Shown piece by piece: positions 9,480-18,728 of a DNA stretch of 37,623 nt. The position numbers were made by a program, and so were the translations under genes. The notes below the pieces were generated by a model. The model searched no databases. It was not told the DNA's origin and was given only the letters and a program-made list of their open reading frames with translations. The stretch's first letter is position 1; each line of letters begins with the position of its first letter. The DNA is from Campylobacterales bacterium (GTDB lineage: Bacteria; Campylobacterota; Campylobacteria; Campylobacterales; JALSKU01): assembly GCA_026988685.1 (NCBI GenBank), contig JALSKU010000200.1:1-37623 (forward strand), in the 5' to 3' direction.

Positions 9480-9587
9480 ATTGTAACCTGAACTTTTATA
9501 TAATTTATAACATTATAATAGAAAAAATTACAAAAGTCAATATTTTAGTAACTGACCTTGCGCACTTTTTATCAGCTAAAGTGCATT

Positions 9588-10490
9588 TTACCTAACGGAC
9601 GGTAATTTCGCATAAAAGTTTCTAACTAGCTCTCTTGCTTTATTAAGTGAGACCTCTTTAAAGGTAATCTTTGTGTTGGCTCCGCATTGAGAGAGTTTGA
9701 AACAATCCATTGGTAAAACAGAGCCGATTTTCGGGTATCCGCCTATCGTTTGTCTATCTTTTAGAAGTATGATGGGTTGCCCGAGAGCGGTTATCTGGAT
9801 AGCGCCGTAAGCTATAGCCTCACTTATTAGCTCTCTTTTTTTGGGGATTATCTCATCTCCGGTTAATTGATAACCCATCTTGTTGTATCTGTTTGAAACT
9901 TTGAAGCTTTTTTTGCAAAAATTATCCACATCAAACCACTCGCTTTGGTAGCCTCTAGTAAATCTTAAAACCAACTCTTTTTTTGCAAGATCGGGGATTA
10001 TCTTTGGGGATAGAAAAGCTCTTTGTTTATTAGTGCTTATTTTTCCTTTTAAGATATCACCCTTTTTTATAGCTCTTCCCAAATGTTTACTAACTGAGAC
10101 AGAGCCTAGTATCTTCTCTGCCTCAAAGCCACCCTCTACAGCCAGATATGTTAATTGTCCGTCTATTGCATATCCCAACTCCAATATATCATCTTTTTTC
10201 ATAGGAAAAGCGCTCCAGTTTTTTACTATTTTGCCATTTAGTTTGGCCCTGGTATTTGCTCCACCTATGGCAATGCGACAACTATTTAGTGCTTTTAGTT
10301 TTAGCTTTCCTATAGTTAGTTCGATAGTAGCACAATTTTTGGGATTGTTTATCAGCTTGTTTGTAAGAGTATAAGATAGTTCATCACTTGCACCGCTGTT
10401 TGATACCCCTATATCATCATACCCAAATCTACCTAGATCTTGAAAAGTGGCCACCACTCCCTCTTTTAAAACTTCAAAAAGAGGAGTCAT
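9588..10490 (-). CDS. pxpC: 5-oxoprolinase subunit C (biotin-dependent carboxyltransferase-like; KipA/allophanate hydrolase subunit 2 family)
   Basis: 300 aa with the 'FQDLGRFGY...GVSNSGASD' N-terminus and the 'DRQTIGGYPKIG' block. It overlaps pxpB by 4 nt. Confidence 0.85.
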   Translation of the reverse strand: MTPLFEVLKEGVVATFQDLGRFGYDDIGVSNSGASDELSYTLTNKLINNPKNCATIELTIGKLKLKALNSCRIAIGGANTRAKLNGKIVKNWSAFPMKKDDILELGYAIDGQLTYLAVEGGFEAEKILGSVSVSKHLGRAIKKGDILKGKISTNKQRAFLSPKIIPDLAKKELVLRFTRGYQSEWFDVDNFCKKSFKVSNRYNKMGYQLTGDEIIPKKRELISEAIAYGAIQITALGQPIILLKDRQTIGGYPKIGSVLPMDCFKLSQCGANTKITFKEVSLNKARELVRNFYAKLPSVR

Positions 10491-11170
10491 ATCTCTCCTC
10501 CTATCTCTAAAAACTTCTCTTTTGATATGGGCTCAAACTTAACCTTATCGCCTATCGAAAAAGGAGACAACTCTTTTGTGGCAGGATCAAAAAGTTCCAA
10601 AGGGGTTCTTCCGATGATATTCCAACCCCCCGGACTCTCCTTGGGATATACTGCTGTTTGAGTATCTGCAATGGCTAAACTTCCTTTTGGAATAAGATCT
10701 CTTGGGTGTTTTAGCCTTGGAGTTGCAATCTTTTTATCAACCTTTGCCAAGTAAGCGTATCCCGGGATAAAACCTACCGCATAGACAAGATAGGTTTTTT
10801 TGGAGTGAAGAGCAATTATCTCTTCGATGGCTAAATTTTTCTCTTTTGAGAGCCTCTTTAGATCAAGTCCTACACTTGTATCGTAAAATGTGGGTATTTT
10901 TATAAGTTTACTTTCAAATCCATTGCCTCTTTTTTTGTCAAAATCTTTCAAAAGCTTTTTGAGGTAACTTATAATAGATTTTTCGGAAAACTTTACTAAA
11001 TTGTATCTGATATAGATAGATGTATATGAGGGGATGATGCTAATGATGTCAGGATCATTTAGACTCTTTAGAGATTTATAGTAAAATGAGATCTCATCAA
11101 GCAACTTCTCATCTATCTCATCTCCAAAGTATATAACTATACTATCGACTGAAGCGGTTTTGAAAATCAT
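10487..11170 (-). CDS. pxpB: 5-oxoprolinase subunit B (KipI/allophanate hydrolase subunit 1 family)
   Basis: 227 aa with 'GFIPGYAYL' and 'YPKESPGGWNIIGRTP' blocks. It overlaps pxpA by 4 nt. Confidence 0.85.
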   Translation of the reverse strand: MIFKTASVDSIVIYFGDEIDEKLLDEISFYYKSLKSLNDPDIISIIPSYTSIYIRYNLVKFSEKSIISYLKKLLKDFDKKRGNGFESKLIKIPTFYDTSVGLDLKRLSKEKNLAIEEIIALHSKKTYLVYAVGFIPGYAYLAKVDKKIATPRLKHPRDLIPKGSLAIADTQTAVYPKESPGGWNIIGRTPLELFDPATKELSPFSIGDKVKFEPISKEKFLEIGGEI

Positions 11171-11907
11171 TTGATACTATCTAAATATCTTCTTATAGCT
11201 TTAGCTATCTCTAAAGCTTCGCTGTTATCCCCATGAACGCAGATGGTATCAACTTTTAGAGCTAATTTTTTTCCATTTATACTTCTTATGTAGCCAAACT
11301 CTACTAACTCTTGCACTCTTTTTAATATATCTTTGACACTATGTAAAAGCGCACCTTTTTCTTTTCTTAATACCAGAAATCCATCATCACTATATGCCCT
11401 ATCTGCAAATGCTTCATAGATAACTCCTATCTCGAACTCTTTTGCCAAAGAGCTGTATTGTTCATTTTTTGATGATGAAAGGATCATAAGTTTTAAATTT
11501 TTATCATAAGAGCTTATCGCTTCAAGAATGGTTTTGTAAATCTCTTCATGCTTCATCATATCATTATAGAGTGCGCCATGAGGCTTAACATAGTTTATAT
11601 CATAGTTTAATGATTGTGCCAAGGCTCTTAAAGCTCCTATTTGATAAATAATGAGTGCTTTAAGCTCCTCAAATTCATGCTCTATGCTTCTTCTGCCAAA
11701 GCCTAAAAGGTCTTGATATCCGGGATGCGCACCTATCGTTATAGAGTTCTTTTTTGCCTCACTTATTGCTTTTGTCATTGTCATAGGATCACCTGCATGA
11801 AAACCGCAGGCCAAATTTGCCATATCGATATATGGCATTATTTTACTATCGCTATCATTACTCCAATTTCCAAATCCTTCGCCAAGATCGCTATTTAACT
11901 TTATCAT
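11167..11907 (-). CDS. pxpA: 5-oxoprolinase subunit A (LamB/YcsF family)
   Basis: 246 aa with the 'LNSDLGEGFGNW...ANLACGFHAGDP' signature. It abuts the TRAP large permease gene with no gap. Confidence 0.9.
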   Translation of the reverse strand: MIKLNSDLGEGFGNWSNDSDSKIMPYIDMANLACGFHAGDPMTMTKAISEAKKNSITIGAHPGYQDLLGFGRRSIEHEFEELKALIIYQIGALRALAQSLNYDINYVKPHGALYNDMMKHEEIYKTILEAISSYDKNLKLMILSSSKNEQYSSLAKEFEIGVIYEAFADRAYSDDGFLVLRKEKGALLHSVKDILKRVQELVEFGYIRSINGKKLALKVDTICVHGDNSEALEIAKAIRRYLDSIK

Positions 11908-13245
11908 CTATTTTCCTATCATTTGATTTGGCAGATAAAAAGCAATATCCGGGAAAATCGTGATAATCGCAACTGCAAGCAGCATAATAAAAAAGAATGG
12001 AAGCGTAGCTTTTACGATATACTCTATCTTCTCTCCCGAGATGGACTGTATCACAAAAAGCGAAAAACCAACGGGCGGAGTTACCTGTGATAACTCAACC
12101 ATAAATACCAAAAATATACCAAACCACAGAGGATTGAACCCCGCAGCAGTAACTATCGGTAAAACTATGGGCAGGGTCATAACGACTATAGAGATACCAT
12201 CGAGTATCATACCTAAAAATATATACATTATCCCTACAACTATGATGAGGTGATACGGTGAGAGATGGAGTGAGGCTATGTATTCACTTATAGCTCTGGC
12301 AATTCCTAAAAATCCCACAACTTGAGATAAAAATCCAGCCCCCGCTATAATGAAACTTATCATAACGGTTGTCTTCACCGAGTTAAAAAGAGACTCTTTA
12401 AATAGCTTCAGACCAAAAGTTTTAAAATAGATAGCTAAAATAATCGAGCCCACTACTCCAAGAGCTGCAGCTTCGGTAGGAGTAGCAAAACCCCCGTAAA
12501 TGCTTCCTAAAACCAAAGCTATAAGCAAAAAAGTAGGGATCAAATCTTTTAGCGACTTTACTTTGTCACTCCAACTAAACTCTTCATCGCTCTTTGGAAC
12601 CGCACTTTTGTCAAGTGATGAGACTATCATGATATATCCGGAGTATAAAGTTGCCAGTAAAATTCCGGGTAAAATTCCGGCTATAAAAAGTTTGCCTATG
12701 GAGACATCAGCCAAAACTCCATAGATGATCATGATAAGACTAGGAGGTATCAAAAAGCCTAAAGTTCCGCTTCCTGCAAGTGAACCAATGGCTAAAGACT
12801 TTTTATAACCTCTCTTTTTTAGCTCGTTTAGAGTTATCTTTCCAACGGTTGCAGTAGTTGCTGCTGATGAGCCTGATACTGCTGCAAAAAGTGAACAGGC
12901 TGCGACATTTATATGTAAAAGTTTCCCTGGGATCTTTCCCAGCCATGGCATAAGTCCGGTTAAAAGTTTATCGGATATTGAGCTTCTATAAAGTATCTCT
13001 CCCATCAGGATAAAAAGAGGCAGCGCTGCTAATGACCAGGAGTTTAAAGAGTCATACAAAGATGAACTTATAAGATCACCTATCTTGTCAAATATACTGA
13101 TAGAGGGAGGAAGATGCACCTTGTATATAAGCATCCCGGCAACCCCGGTTAGCATTAATGATACTGCTATCCAGATAGATGAGAGTAAAAAAGCAAACAT
13201 TATAACCATTAAAACTATGGTTAGCACTAAAGGATCACTGATCAC
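11908..13245 (-). CDS. TRAP transporter large permease (DctM type)
   Basis: 445 aa, about 12 TM segments. It overlaps the small-permease gene, and its size and composition are typical of DctM. Confidence 0.9.
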   Translation of the reverse strand: MISDPLVLTIVLMVIMFAFLLSSIWIAVSLMLTGVAGMLIYKVHLPPSISIFDKIGDLISSSLYDSLNSWSLAALPLFILMGEILYRSSISDKLLTGLMPWLGKIPGKLLHINVAACSLFAAVSGSSAATTATVGKITLNELKKRGYKKSLAIGSLAGSGTLGFLIPPSLIMIIYGVLADVSIGKLFIAGILPGILLATLYSGYIMIVSSLDKSAVPKSDEEFSWSDKVKSLKDLIPTFLLIALVLGSIYGGFATPTEAAALGVVGSIILAIYFKTFGLKLFKESLFNSVKTTVMISFIIAGAGFLSQVVGFLGIARAISEYIASLHLSPYHLIIVVGIMYIFLGMILDGISIVVMTLPIVLPIVTAAGFNPLWFGIFLVFMVELSQVTPPVGFSLFVIQSISGEKIEYIVKATLPFFFIMLLAVAIITIFPDIAFYLPNQMIGK

Positions 13246-13720
13246 CTTTTATCCTTTTTAGTATAAAAGTCAAAATAGCTATACAAAATATCAAAAGACC
13301 TATGGGAAGTGCCAGTTGAGTTAGATATATAGGAGTCTCGCTAACAGTTTCACTTACCATATCAAAGTCATAAGACTCTTTTACCATCAAGATGGTTCTA
13401 TAAAAGATAAAAGTGATAAGCAAAAGTGTTATAGTTCCGGCAAATATATCAACCGCACGCCTTTTTGGAGGTGAGAGCTTTGAGGTTAGTATAGTTATCC
13501 TTATATGACCATCTTCTTTAAATGTATATCCAAGCCCGAAAAATACAGAAGCGAGATAGAAGTATCCGCTATACTCTCCAGCAATCATAGTAGATACATT
13601 GAAAAAAGATCTCAAAATGATTTCGCTCATTATAAGCACCACTAAAGCTAAAAATAAAAATGAAGAGAGATAAGCTCCAAAATTTTGGAGCTTATCGTTA
13701 AAACTGTATAGAAATTTCAT
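13235..13720 (-). CDS. TRAP transporter small permease (DctQ type)
   Basis: 161 aa, 4 TM segments, positioned between the substrate-binding and large-permease genes. Confidence 0.8.
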   Translation of the reverse strand: MKFLYSFNDKLQNFGAYLSSFLFLALVVLIMSEIILRSFFNVSTMIAGEYSGYFYLASVFFGLGYTFKEDGHIRITILTSKLSPPKRRAVDIFAGTITLLLITFIFYRTILMVKESYDFDMVSETVSETPIYLTQLALPIGLLIFCIAILTFILKRIKGDQ

Positions 13721-13724
13721 CTCT

Positions 13725-14681
13725 TTACTTTCTATACTCCTTAAATATCTTCTTTATCGTAGGAGATGCATCTTTTAGATAATTTTTAAGCATTTTATCT
13801 GCTATCTTATCAAGGCTCTTTTTAAGCTCAGGTGTTGCTTCGCTTATCTTCATGCCATGTTTAGCCAAAGTTTTAAGAGCTATCTTATCCTCATCTTTAG
13901 CAGCTTGCCATTGAGCTTTTTCCATCTCTTTAGCCGCTTTTAGCATAGCTTGTTGTTGAGATTTGCTAAGTGAGTTCCAGTAGTCTAGGTTTATAGTAAC
14001 CGCTTGCAATGGGTATGCATAGTGTATCTTTGTAAAGTGTGTTAAAACTTCCCAAAATTTTCCATCTTTTCCTGAAGCAGAAGATGTAACAACAGAGTTG
14101 ATCATGCCGGTTCTTAAAGCTGAGTAAACCTCTCCCCAAGCCATAGCTATCGCATTTCCACCTGCCATATTGATAAAAGTTGCAGAGTTCTTGTCGTAAG
14201 TTCTTGTCTTTAAACCTTTAAAATCCTCTATCTTTTTTATAGGTTTTTTTGTGTAGATTCCGCTTGGTGGCCAAGTCACTGCGTATAGAAGTTTTTGATT
14301 CCACTTTTTAAATGTTTTTATATATGCAGGTTTTGAGATTTGATAAAGCTTAAAAGCATCACTGTAAGAGTTTGCTATAAAAGGAAGAGCCGAGATACCA
14401 AAAACTTTTCCACCGCCTGAAGTGAAAGGGATAAACATATCTGTCATGGCAACAGTTCCGTCTTTGACGGCTTTTAGGGGGTTGCCTTTTACGAGAGAAC
14501 TTCCTGCATGGACTGTTATCTTCACAGTTCCATTTGTATATTTGTCAACAAGTTTGGCAAACTTTACCGCACCTTTTGTATGAAAGTTGTTTGCACCATA
14601 TTTTGCATTTAAGTCCATTTTGACGACACTAGCCATCAGTCCAGCCGAAACGGCAGCTGTAAGTAATACCTTCTTTAGCAT
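13725..14681 (-). CDS. TRAP transporter substrate-binding protein (DctP type)
   Basis: 318 aa with a signal peptide. It is the first gene of the P-Q-M order and is preceded by the SD AAGGAG. Confidence 0.85.
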   Translation of the reverse strand: MLKKVLLTAAVSAGLMASVVKMDLNAKYGANNFHTKGAVKFAKLVDKYTNGTVKITVHAGSSLVKGNPLKAVKDGTVAMTDMFIPFTSGGGKVFGISALPFIANSYSDAFKLYQISKPAYIKTFKKWNQKLLYAVTWPPSGIYTKKPIKKIEDFKGLKTRTYDKNSATFINMAGGNAIAMAWGEVYSALRTGMINSVVTSSASGKDGKFWEVLTHFTKIHYAYPLQAVTINLDYWNSLSKSQQQAMLKAAKEMEKAQWQAAKDEDKIALKTLAKHGMKISEATPELKKSLDKIADKMLKNYLKDASPTIKKIFKEYRK

Positions 14682-14713
14682 ACTTTCTCCTTTGGTTTAA
14701 TTTTTCAAAAACG

Positions 14714-14722
14714 AGTATAGCA
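14714..14722 (-). promoter_or_regulatory. Candidate extended -10 (TGCTATACT on the minus strand) for the TRAP-pxp operon
   Basis: The reverse complement of AGTATAGCA is a TGnTAnnnT extended -10. It lies about 33 nt upstream of the dctP-type ATG (14681). Confidence 0.3.
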
Positions 14723-14751
14723 TAAAAATTTTAAAATTGTTTTAAAGTGAA

Positions 14752-15024
14752 ATAACCTGAGTTCGACAGTATATCATACCCATAGAAGGCAAAGAAGGCA
14801 TAAGATTTCGTCAAGAGAAATTCGCAGGACTACCCAAAGGTAATTCAAGAATTTATCTTGTGAAAGATTGTGCCTTATTTGCTTTCCCCTCGGGCTTTAT
14901 TTGCTTGTCCATATGCTTCGTTGCAACTCCTCGACTATGCTTTGGCATAGACTTCGTCATTGCGCCTCGCCTATGAACAAGCAAAGAAAGCTATGGGTAT
15001 GATATATTGTCAAACTCAGGTTAA
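14752..15024. mobile_element. ~270-bp nested-palindrome element with 32-bp terminal inverted repeats (MITE-like or structured ncRNA)
   Basis: 14754-14785 is the reverse complement of 14991-15022 at 30/32 positions. Inner stems: 14786-14803/14868-14885 (15/18), 14812-14823/14849-14860 (11/12) and 14895-14913/14972-14990 (17/19). There is no credible ORF. A hand count of line 14881-14940 gives 30/60 G+C, well above the surrounding intergenic DNA. Confidence 0.5.
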
Positions 15025-15047
15025 TAATAAACAATTAATATTTTTTT

Positions 15048-15056
15048 TGATAAAAT
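15048..15056 (+). promoter_or_regulatory. Candidate extended -10 (TGATAAAAT) for alaS
   Basis: TGnTAnAAT is preceded by a T8 tract. It lies 30 nt upstream of the alaS ATG, with the SD AGGA at 15076-15079. Confidence 0.35.
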
Positions 15057-15085
15057 CGTTGACTACTTTGTAATAGGAATGAAAT

Positions 15086-17647
15086 ATGGATATAAGAGCT
15101 GAGTTTTTAAGGTTTTTTGAGGATAAAGGACATAAGATATATGAGAGTGCGCCTTTGGTGCCTGATGATCCTTCATTGCTTTTTGTAAATGCGGGAATGG
15201 TGCAGTTTAAGTCGATATTTACCGGAGAAGTTCCGGTACCCAATCCGCCAAGAGCTACTAGTAGTCAAACTTGCATAAGAGCCGGTGGTAAACATAATGA
15301 CTTGGAAAATGTCGGCTATACAAACAGACACCATACCTTTTTTGAGATGCTTGGAAACTTCTCCTTTGGGGATTACTTTAAAGATAAAGCGATAGAGTAT
15401 GCCTGGGAGTTTGTGACTGAAGTTTTAAAACTTCCCAAAGAGAGGCTCTGGGTTACGGTTCATACGAGTGATGATGAGGCTGAAGAGTTATGGAAGAGAT
15501 TTGTTGATGCTGACAGGATAAAAAGATTTGGTGATAAAGATAATTTTTGGCAGATGGGTGATACAGGACCTTGCGGACCTTGTAGCGAGATATTTTATGA
15601 TCAGGGTTCGGAGATGTTTAACTCTGATGAGGATTATTTAGGAGGCGACGGGGACAGATTTTTGGAGATTTGGAATCTTGTCTTTATGCAGTATGAGAGA
15701 TCAAGTGATGGAACTTTAACACCTCTTCCAAAGCCCTCTATCGATACCGGAATGGGACTTGAGAGAGTTGCTGCGGTGTTAGAGGGAGTTCCTAGCAATT
15801 ACGATACCGAACTGTTCATGCCGCTTATCAATAAAGTGAGCAAGATTTGCTCAAAACCTTATGTATATGAAGAGGGAGCAAGCTTTAGGGTCATAGCTGA
15901 TCATATAAGAAGCGTAACTTTTTTACTAGCCCAGGGGGTTACCTTTGACAAGGAGGGAAGAGGTTATGTTTTAAGAAGGATACTAAGAAGAGCGGTTCGA
16001 CATGGCTACCTGCTTGGTATAAAAGAGCCGTTTATGTATAAACTTGTCGATACTTTATGTGATATAATGGGCAAAGCATATCCATACATCGTAGAAAAAA
16101 GTGATAGCGTTAAAGAGATGATAAAAAATGAAGAAAATAACTTTCTCTCAACCATAGCAAGTGGGATGGAGCTTTTTGAAAAAGAGTTAAAAACTACCAA
16201 AGATATCTTTAGTGGTGAAGTGGCCTTTAAGCTTTATGATACTTACGGATTTCCACTTGATTTAACTGCCGATATGCTAAGAGAAGTTGGCAAAAGTGTG
16301 GATATCAAAAAGTTTGAAGAGCTTATGGGTGAACAAAAAAGAAGATCCCAAGCCTCTTGGAAAGGAAGTGGAGATAAGGCTAAAGATGGCGACTTTAAGG
16401 CGTTAATAGAGAAGTTCGGACTAAATGAGTTTGTAGGTCATGAGAGTTTAAAATCCAAAGCAAAGATCCTTGCTTTGTTATATGAAAATTTTAAGATAAC
16501 CAATGAGTTAAAAGAGGGCGAAACAGGTTGGGTATTTTTAGATAAGAGTCCGTTTTATGCTGAAAGTGGCGGGCAGTGTGGAGATGAGGGAGTTATAAAA
16601 AAAGATGAAGATACAGTAGCTAAAGTTTTGGATACTCAGAAATTTTTTGACCTTAATCTCTCAAAAATCAAGCTTACAAGAACTCTAAAAGAGAGTGAAG
16701 AGGTTGAGTGCGAGGTTGATGAGAGTAGAAGTGAGATAAAAAAACACCACTCTGCAACCCACCTCTTGCAATCTGCACTAAAGAGCGTGCTTGGAGATCA
16801 TGTCCAACAAGCCGGAAGTTTAGTGCTAAAAGATAAGCTTAGGTTTGATTTTTCTCACCCAAAAGCATTGAGCAGTGATGAGTTAGAGAGAGTTCAAAAC
16901 TTTGTAAATAGTATCATCCAAAGAGCAGTGCCGTCTAAAACTGAAATCTTACCTATAGATGAGGCTAAAAAAAGCGGAGCTACCGCACTTTTTGGCGAAA
17001 AGTACGGCGATGAGGTAAGAGTTGTCTCTTTTGGTGATGCTAGCATTGAGTTTTGCGGTGGAACTCATGTAAAAAACAGTAGTGAGATAGGAAGTTTTTA
17101 TATCACCAAAGAGAGTGGAGTGAGCGCTGGAGTTAGAAGGATAGAGGCAGTTTGCGGGGAGAGTGCATATAACTACTCCAAAAGATTTATGAGGGATTTT
17201 GCTAAAATTTGCGAAGAGGTTAAAAACAAAGATCCTTTTATGGGTATAAAAAGATTAAAAGATACGATAACTAAACAAAAAGCGGAAATTGATCGGCTTC
17301 TAAAAAGCAGTAAAAAAGAGATAGATATAAAAGAGGTAGATGGTATCAAGCTCATCGTAGATGAAGTTGAAGCAGGAGATATAAAAAGTTTGATAGATGA
17401 GTATAAAAACAGGTTTGATAAAGTCGCCGTTATGCTCTTTCAAAAAAGAGGAGATAAGGTTATCATAGCTAGTGGCGTTAAAGGTGCCAAGATAAAAGCC
17501 GGAGCTTGGGTAAAAGAGATAGCTCCAATTCTTGGAGGTAACGGCGGAGGAAGAGATGATTTTGCCCAAGCTGGAGGTAAAGATGCCTCAAAAATAGGCG
17601 AAGCTAAAAAAGAGGCTATAAAATATGTGGAGAGAGTTAAGAGTTAA
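15086..17647 (+). CDS. alaS: Alanine--tRNA ligase
   Basis: 853 aa with the class II motifs '[12 protein letters not shown]' and '[13 protein letters not shown]', the editing-domain 'HSATHLL' and 'CGGTHV' zinc motifs, and a C-terminal DHHA1-like '[12 protein letters not shown]'. Confidence 0.97.
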   Translation: MDIRAEFLRFFEDKGHKIYESAPLVPDDPSLLFVNAGMVQFKSIFTGEVPVPNPPRATSSQTCIRAGGKHNDLENVGYTNRHHTFFEMLGNFSFGDYFKDKAIEYAWEFVTEVLKLPKERLWVTVHTSDDEAEELWKRFVDADRIKRFGDKDNFWQMGDTGPCGPCSEIFYDQGSEMFNSDEDYLGGDGDRFLEIWNLVFMQYERSSDGTLTPLPKPSIDTGMGLERVAAVLEGVPSNYDTELFMPLINKVSKICSKPYVYEEGASFRVIADHIRSVTFLLAQGVTFDKEGRGYVLRRILRRAVRHGYLLGIKEPFMYKLVDTLCDIMGKAYPYIVEKSDSVKEMIKNEENNFLSTIASGMELFEKELKTTKDIFSGEVAFKLYDTYGFPLDLTADMLREVGKSVDIKKFEELMGEQKRRSQASWKGSGDKAKDGDFKALIEKFGLNEFVGHESLKSKAKILALLYENFKITNELKEGETGWVFLDKSPFYAESGGQCGDEGVIKKDEDTVAKVLDTQKFFDLNLSKIKLTRTLKESEEVECEVDESRSEIKKHHSATHLLQSALKSVLGDHVQQAGSLVLKDKLRFDFSHPKALSSDELERVQNFVNSIIQRAVPSKTEILPIDEAKKSGATALFGEKYGDEVRVVSFGDASIEFCGGTHVKNSSEIGSFYITKESGVSAGVRRIEAVCGESAYNYSKRFMRDFAKICEEVKNKDPFMGIKRLKDTITKQKAEIDRLLKSSKKEIDIKEVDGIKLIVDEVEAGDIKSLIDEYKNRFDKVAVMLFQKRGDKVIIASGVKGAKIKAGAWVKEIAPILGGNGGGRDDFAQAGGKDASKIGEAKKEAIKYVERVKS

Positions 17648-17668
17648 GAATTAAGAGTTAAGAGTTAA
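17634..17668 (+). repeat. Heptanucleotide tandem repeat (GAGTTAA x5, one unit GAATTAA)
   Basis: Units lie at 17634, 17641, 17648 (variant), 17655 and 17662. The repeat spans the alaS stop codon (17645-17647). Confidence 0.85.
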
Positions 17669-17682
17669 GGAATGGGGGTTTT

Positions 17683-18180
17683 ATGAGTAATTTTTTTACG
17701 GAGTTTTTTGCGAGTTACGGGAGATTTTTAGTATTTATACATATTGTTTCAGCTGTTATATGGATAGGCGGGATGATAGTTGTTAAGTTTGTCGTTGCAC
17801 CTTCCGTGGCAAAGATACAGGATGTTAAACTAAGACTTTCAAGAACTTTGGAGATTATGCAAAGACTTCTTAATTTTGCGATGCTGTTTATGATACTTTT
17901 GGCAATTACCGGTACATTTATGAGCCTTGGGGTTGATTTTAAACACTCTTCGCCATCGCTTTATATACTTGTGCATATAAAAGAGGCGGTTTGGACATTG
18001 ATGGCACTTAACTTTATCTACATATACAGAAAAAGAAACAGTGCCGAGAGACAATTTGTAAGCGGTGATGATGAAGGTGCCGCAGAGAGTATATTTACCA
18101 TCAGCAAATATCTTTTACCGCTAAATATCTTTCTTGGTTTTGTGGCCATCTACTTTGGTGTGATATTAAGGGGTCTTTAA
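17683..18180 (+). CDS. Integral membrane protein, 4 TM (CopD/HemJ-like topology; family not assignable by eye)
   Basis: 165 aa with four hydrophobic segments. It has a His in TM1 followed by W.GG ('FIHIVSAVIWIGG'). Its stop overlaps the maf start (TAATG). Confidence 0.6.
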   Translation: MSNFFTEFFASYGRFLVFIHIVSAVIWIGGMIVVKFVVAPSVAKIQDVKLRLSRTLEIMQRLLNFAMLFMILLAITGTFMSLGVDFKHSSPSLYILVHIKEAVWTLMALNFIYIYRKRNSAERQFVSGDDEGAAESIFTISKYLLPLNIFLGFVAIYFGVILRGL

Positions 18181-18728
18181 TGTTGATATTAGCTTCAAAA
18201 TCTAAAACAAGAGCAAAAATTTTAAAAAACTTTGGAGTGGAGTTTAAACAAGTTGGTTGTGATTATGACGAAGATAGCATAAAAAGCAGCTCGCCAAAAA
18301 GCTTTGTCTATCTTAGCTGCAAAGGAAAGATGGATGCTTGCGAAGAGAAACTAGGACTAAAAACTCCGCTACTTTGTGCAGATACCGTCGTAAGTGCAGA
18401 CTCAAAGATACTAAGAAAAGCAAAAGATAAAGATGAAGCTAGAGAGATACTTTTAACTCAAAGTGGAGGGAGCGTATCGATACTAACTTGCGTTATATAC
18501 AAAAGCATCGATCTAAGCTTTACTGATATATCGAAAACAACCTATCTTTTTAGTGAGTTTGATAGAGACGATCTTGAAAAATATCTAGATAGCAATGAGT
18601 GGAGAGATAAAGCCGGAGCTTGCATGGTAGAAGGGTTTTGTAAAAAGTATATAAAAGAGGTTATAGGGCTTGAGAGTTGCGCAATGGGTTTACAGATAGA
18701 AAAATTGCTCCCTTTTTTGGAAAGATAG
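18180..18728 (+). CDS. maf: Maf-like nucleoside triphosphate pyrophosphatase (septum formation protein Maf family)
   Basis: 182 aa with 'LILASKSKTRAKIL', 'CADTVV' and 'DKAGACMVEG' blocks matching the Maf pattern. Confidence 0.85.
   Translation: MLILASKSKTRAKILKNFGVEFKQVGCDYDEDSIKSSSPKSFVYLSCKGKMDACEEKLGLKTPLLCADTVVSADSKILRKAKDKDEAREILLTQSGGSVSILTCVIYKSIDLSFTDISKTTYLFSEFDRDDLEKYLDSNEWRDKAGACMVEGFCKKYIKEVIGLESCAMGLQIEKLLPFLER

Noticed and set aside
9562-9584. Hairpin GCACTTT-N9-AAAGTGC just downstream of the pxpC stop, as a possible terminator
   Set aside because: The stem is only 7 bp with a 9-nt loop and has no U-tract on the transcribed (minus) strand. That is too weak to report as a feature.
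14752-15024. The palindromic element considered as a tRNA, a T-box/riboswitch leader of alaS, or 6S RNA
   Set aside because: There is no cloverleaf (only a 3-bp pseudo T-stem around GAGTTCGAC). The element lies upstream of the best alaS promoter candidate, not in its leader. The 32-bp, almost mismatch-free closing stem is unlike 6S RNA or riboswitch architecture. I kept it as MITE-like or unknown.
15016-15243. 75-aa minus-strand ORF spanning the alaS start and the right end of the palindromic element
   Set aside because: It overlaps the highly conserved alaS N-terminus in antisense and has no SD or family resemblance.
17634-17668. Heptamer tandem repeat considered as a CRISPR array or phase-variation switch
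   Set aside because: The units are contiguous 7-mers without spacers, so it is not a CRISPR array. It lies at the extreme 3' end of an essential gene with stops in all frames, so classical ON/OFF phase variation is not plausible.
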